A stretch of 60,529 nt of DNA from an uncultured virus (IMG/VR IMGVR_UViG_3300032282_004613) (lineage: Duplodnaviria > Heunggongvirae > Uroviricota > Caudoviricetes). The notes below the pieces were generated by a model. The model made no database searches and was not told where the DNA came from. It saw only the letters and a program-made list of their open reading frames with translations. Every line of letters begins with the position of its first letter. Positions within the stretch are counted from its first letter, which is position 1. The stretch lies in the IMG/VR virus record IMGVR_UViG_3300032282_004613. One strand, 5' to 3'. Position numbers and translations under genes: made by a program. Below, piece by piece: positions 57,842-60,529 of the stretch.

Positions 57842-60529
57842 ATGCTAACAGGAAAAACCATAAGTCAATTAAACATATTAACTAACCCGACGCCAGATAC
57901 TGCGATTCCGGTTGAATTGACTGGTTCAACATATCATATAACCTATTCTTCAATCGAGAATTCTATAAGTGGCGCAACCAATGATTTAAGTTCTAGTATT
58001 GCTACTATAACAAATGATTTAAGTTTTAGTTTGGATTCTCTAAGTGGCTCAATTGCAACAACAACTAATGATTTAAGTGCCAGTATTAATTCTATATCCG
58101 GCTCATTATCAGGAAGTATAAATGACTTAAGTTCTAGTATTGCAACAACAGATTTAAACCAAGAAAATAGATTAGATATCATTGAAAGTCGATATGCAAC
58201 AACCGGATCAAATGAATTTTATGGTGACCAATATATTAGCGGAGCAATTTATTTAAATGATGGGACCAATTTTGGTGCTATCGCAATAGTACCAATAATG
58301 TCCGGAAGTGGTTTTCCTTTATATGATAATTTAAGTGGTGATTTAGTAATTGGCTCACCATCTTCTGACATTACATTATTTACATATCTTAATGATTATC
58401 AAAATGAGGGTGACGTCGTTGAAGTTAGTTTAACTCGTAGTGGTTCGTTAGATGTTTATGCCAACATGAATGTTAGCGGCTCCGCATCATTTAACGATAA
58501 ATTAATTGTTGATGGTGGAATCACGGGTTCTTTAGATTTTCCTAATTTAATAAATGTTCCTGATTTTGCAACAACAGGTTCAAATACATTTAATGGTAAC
58601 CAAATTATAAGTGGTTCTGTTAAAATTAATTCAGATTCAGGTTCATGGACATTTAAAAAAGATGGAACATTAATATTACCAAATGGTGCTGGAATTTACG
58701 GAGACGGTTTATTACAAGTTGATTCAATAGGTGGTTTTAAGATTAATTCATACACAAATGAATTTGGTAGTGGTAGTCAATATTGGTATTTCCATACTGA
58801 TGGAACCACAAATGTACCGGGAGACATATTTGGAGCCGGAAATTTGGCAACAACCGGTTCAAACACATTTAAAGGTATTCAAACAATAAGTGGGTCAGTA
58901 ACAATAACCGAAAATCTAACGGTTCTCGGTTCATCTTCAATTACATATATTTCCCAAAGCGTTTTAAATATTGAATCAAATGTGATTACAGTAAATGCGA
59001 CTAACCCATCAGTTAGATTTGGCGGTTTATCGGTAATTGATTCTGGTTCAAACCCAACAGTTTCTGGTTCTTTATTTTTTGATAGTGTAGAAAATCAATG
59101 GATATTCATACATCAGAATGCCGCAGTAATAACATCGTCTTTATTAATAATGGGCCCCGAAACTCATAATAATGTAGGTAATGAAGTTCATCCTACAACA
59201 AATAGATTAATGAAATCTATTAATGATGAACATATTGGTGATAGCAATATAACCGATAATGGGTTTAAGGTTAGTATTAATAGTGATACAGAAGTTACTG
59301 GTAGTTTAAAAATAACATTAGGGGATTTATACATAAACGGAACATCTTATAATGCTGCAACATCTGGCACATCAGGTACTAGTGGAACTTCAGGTTCCAA
59401 CGGTTCTTCTGGAACTAGTGGAACTTCAGGATCAAGCGGATCTTCTGGAACTAGAGGTACGTCAGGTACAAGCGGTACATCAGGATCTTCTGGATCAAGC
59501 GGTACATCTGGAACTAGTGGAACATCGGGAAATCAAGGAGATAAAGGTGGAATAGTTTATAGATTTAATAATAACTCATCAATGTCTGACCCTACATCGG
59601 GTTATATAAGGTATAATAGTGGAACCGGATCAACAGTAACAGTAACAGGATATATAGGTCCAACGGCCGATTTAAAAATATTGACAATAATAAGCGGATG
59701 TCCAATTACTGTAGGTATGATAGTTACAGGTCCTGGCGTAAACGCGGGAGTTACTGTGACAAAATTACCAGGTGCGGGTGGATGTGCAACGGGCACATAT
59801 AAAATTAGTGGACAATTAACAAACGTTGGGTCATCTGGTTCACCTGTCACATTTACTTTAACAAGTACCGCAGGTGCAATCGCATCTACATCGGCAATTG
59901 CAATTAGTAAAACGTCATATGATGGTTCGGATATGTATAATTTTATATCTAATTGGGACGATTCAACTAATGGGGTTAAAGGTATATTAACAGTAAAAAG
60001 TAATATAAATGGCGATTCATCATATACCACATTTAATGTAATATCGCTTATAGATAATACAAGTTGGTTACAAATTGGGGTTGTTTATTTAGGTGGTATT
60101 GCACCAATTAACAATGATATACTTTCATTACAATATTCATTTGCAGGTGATGCTGGTACAAGTGGAACCTCAGGAACAAGTGGTACATCAGGAACCTCAG
60201 GAACAAGTGGTACATCAGGAAGTTCAGGTACAAGAGGAACATCAGGAACAAGTGGTACATCAGGTTCTAGTGGAAGTGCTGGAACATCGGGAACATCTGG
60301 TGCAAATGGTAGTTCTGGTACAAGTGGTATAGGTAGTTCAGGTTCATCAGGTAGTAATGGTACTTCAGGAACATCAGGTGTAAATGGTAGTTCTGGTACA
60401 AGTGGAGCAAGTGGTGTTCAAGCAACAATAAACACGTTGAGTGTTACTAATCCAAGTGCCACCGTAATACTATCATATAACTCAACAACATATCACGGAA
60501 GTAATTTAAATTTTGTTGTAATTGAAGAT
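57842..60529 (+). CDS. Partial tail-fibre/collagen-like protein (runs off the window)
   Basis: Not in the ORF track. Begins MLTGKTISQL; three ATTGSN.F.G.Q.I.G repeats and two Gly-X-Y runs (GTS/GSS); TATTTAT at 57817-57823. Confidence 0.8.
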   Translation, partial: MLTGKTISQLNILTNPTPDTAIPVELTGSTYHITYSSIENSISGATNDLSSSIATITNDLSFSLDSLSGSIATTTNDLSASINSISGSLSGSINDLSSSIATTDLNQENRLDIIESRYATTGSNEFYGDQYISGAIYLNDGTNFGAIAIVPIMSGSGFPLYDNLSGDLVIGSPSSDITLFTYLNDYQNEGDVVEVSLTRSGSLDVYANMNVSGSASFNDKLIVDGGITGSLDFPNLINVPDFATTGSNTFNGNQIISGSVKINSDSGSWTFKKDGTLILPNGAGIYGDGLLQVDSIGGFKINSYTNEFGSGSQYWYFHTDGTTNVPGDIFGAGNLATTGSNTFKGIQTISGSVTITENLTVLGSSSITYISQSVLNIESNVITVNATNPSVRFGGLSVIDSGSNPTVSGSLFFDSVENQWIFIHQNAAVITSSLLIMGPETHNNVGNEVHPTTNRLMKSINDEHIGDSNITDNGFKVSINSDTEVTGSLKITLGDLYINGTSYNAATSGTSGTSGTSGSNGSSGTSGTSGSSGSSGTRGTSGTSGTSGSSGSSGTSGTSGTSGNQGDKGGIVYRFNNNSSMSDPTSGYIRYNSGTGSTVTVTGYIGPTADLKILTIISGCPITVGMIVTGPGVNAGVTVTKLPGAGGCATGTYKISGQLTNVGSSGSPVTFTLTSTAGAIASTSAIAISKTSYDGSDMYNFISNWDDSTNGVKGILTVKSNINGDSSYTTFNVISLIDNTSWLQIGVVYLGGIAPINNDILSLQYSFAGDAGTSGTSGTSGTSGTSGTSGTSGSSGTRGTSGTSGTSGSSGSAGTSGTSGANGSSGTSGIGSSGSSGSNGTSGTSGVNGSSGTSGASGVQATINTLSVTNPSATVILSYNSTTYHGSNLNFVVIED
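59357..59550 (+). repeat. Gly-Thr-Ser collagen-like repeat, block 1
   Basis: TSGTSGTSGTSGSNGSSGTSG...GNQGDKG. Confidence 0.85.
60146..60420 (+). repeat. Gly-Thr-Ser collagen-like repeat, block 2
   Basis: ggaacctcaggaacaagtggtacatca-type tandem units. Confidence 0.85.

Noticed and set aside
59352..60332. Track ORFs 59352-59555, 59602-60030 and 60093-60332
   Set aside because: They are off-frame or antisense shadows of the long fibre ORF starting at 57842.
1..60529. Stop-codon reassignment, as in some large phages
   Set aside because: Core genes are full length and densely packed in the standard code, and TAA, TAG and TGA all occur as stops.

Overview
AT-rich fragment of a large T4-like tailed phage (standard genetic code) that most likely infects Bacteroidota. 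Host evidence: a Bacteroidota-type bS21 with Tyr54, A-rich starts mostly lacking a Shine-Dalgarno sequence, TAnnTTTG promoters and T9SS-CTD-like proteins. Left to right: (1) 0.8-10.8 kb, a + strand cluster of exported proteins (one clear and one possible CsgG-like protein, two paralogous proteins with dockerin-like plus cohesin-like modules, one also carrying C-type lectin and LCCL domains, two lipoproteins, small membrane proteins, two probable outer-membrane beta-barrels); (2) 10.8-18 kb, sugar-nucleotide and surface-glycan genes (split HldE, cupin, SGNH-like proteins, RmlC, epimerase); (3) 18-25 kb, RNA ligase, kinase, peptidase, N-terminally truncated ClpC, KTSC and nucleotidyltransferase; (4) 25-38 kb, head module (terminase, portal, protease, scaffold, major capsid protein) with bS21 inserted on the opposite strand; (5) 38-56 kb, - strand structural genes, gp55-like sigma factor, glycosyltransferases, PhoH, dUTPase, WYL-like and repeat proteins; (6) two probable virion proteins, the last a Ser/Thr collagen-like fibre running off the window. 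A TATTTAT motif precedes many late genes. The best candidates for new biology are the surface-display cluster, a short RNA 17 kb away that is antisense to its leader, and a second structured ncRNA candidate at about 20.7 kb. All family assignments come from motif recognition by eye; no database searches were run.
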